This document shows, one piece after another, positions 63,689-64,000 of a stretch of DNA of 64,000 nucleotides. The stretch lies in sequence record NC_062582.1. One strand, written 5' to 3'. The position numbers and the translations under genes were made by a program. The notes beneath the pieces are model-generated. The model made no database searches. It saw nothing but the letters and a program-made list of their open reading frames with translations, and was not told where the DNA came from. Positions within the stretch are counted from its first letter, which is position 1; each line of letters opens with the position of its first letter.

Positions 63689-64000
63689 TTAGTTAGCCCA
63701 TGCATCATCATCGTCACCACCCAGGTTAGTACCCGGCAGAACTTTGAGAGCATAGTCTTCTTCTTTGTCGATGTCCCATGGGATTACACCAACAGTGGAG
63801 AATGGTAGCAAGCAGTACATATCGTCGTTGTGAGGATTGTTACGGTGCTTACCGCGTTGAATAGCCAGATAGGCTTTGCCTTTAACTCGGATAATGTGGT
63901 GGAACAATTCCAAGTCTGGTTCTTGACCTAGTCGTTTACAACCATCATAGTAACCACGGTTAGCTACAACCTTAACAAAGTCTTCAGTGTTCTCACGCAT
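63689..64000 (-). CDS. Hypothetical protein, at least 103 aa (may start outside window)
   Basis: ORF reaches window edge. Confidence 0.6.
   Translation of the reverse strand: MRENTEDFVKVVANRGYYDGCKRLGQEPDLELFHHIIRVKGKAYLAIQRGKHRNNPHNDDMYCLLPFSTVGVIPWDIDKEEDYALKVLPGTNLGGDDDDAWAN

Noticed and set aside
1-64000. tRNA, rRNA, introns, inteins, transposases, homing endonucleases
   Set aside because: No cloverleaf, HNH/GIY-YIG/LAGLIDADG or intein motifs recognised by eye; tRNAscan-SE and Infernal would be needed to exclude them formally.
1-64000. Naming the exact phage or host
   Set aside because: The family is clear from the gene content, but species and host cannot be supported without a database search.

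Overview
This window is a 64 kb segment of a nucleus-forming jumbo phage (phiKZ-like, Chimalliviridae). Gene order follows the phiKZ gp68-gp104 block. It runs from non-virion RNA polymerase subunits (gp68-like, beta C-half, beta' C-half), the nuclear-import factor PicA/Imp1 and its gp70-like neighbour, an SF2 helicase, a virion RNAP beta' subunit and the exonuclease half of the split family-B DNA polymerase, through a long head/inner-body and baseplate gene array, to a macrodomain gene. An accessory region of small early genes (47.5-59.2 kb) follows, then a Kelch tail-associated protein and two more inner-head paralogues. No tRNA, rRNA, CRISPR array or intron was recognised. phiKZ gp numbers come from recalled sequence and synteny, not from a search. 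The most interesting signals are: (1) two candidate programmed -1 ribosomal frameshifts that the ORF track misses, G-TTT-TTT joining a gp26/tail-chaperone-like gene to a GT-like extension and C-CCA-AAG-TAG joining the DNA polymerase exonuclease subunit to a NADAR-like domain; (2) an FG/GLFG nucleoporin-like tail on the protein next to the import factor; (3) a counter-defence set (NADAR-like, DarG-type macrodomain, Acb4-like sponge, minimal nucleotidyltransferase); (4) a family of terminator hairpins with CATAA/TTATG arms, a 48-bp repeated palindromic element, and a 62-bp tandem duplication that breaks a gene.
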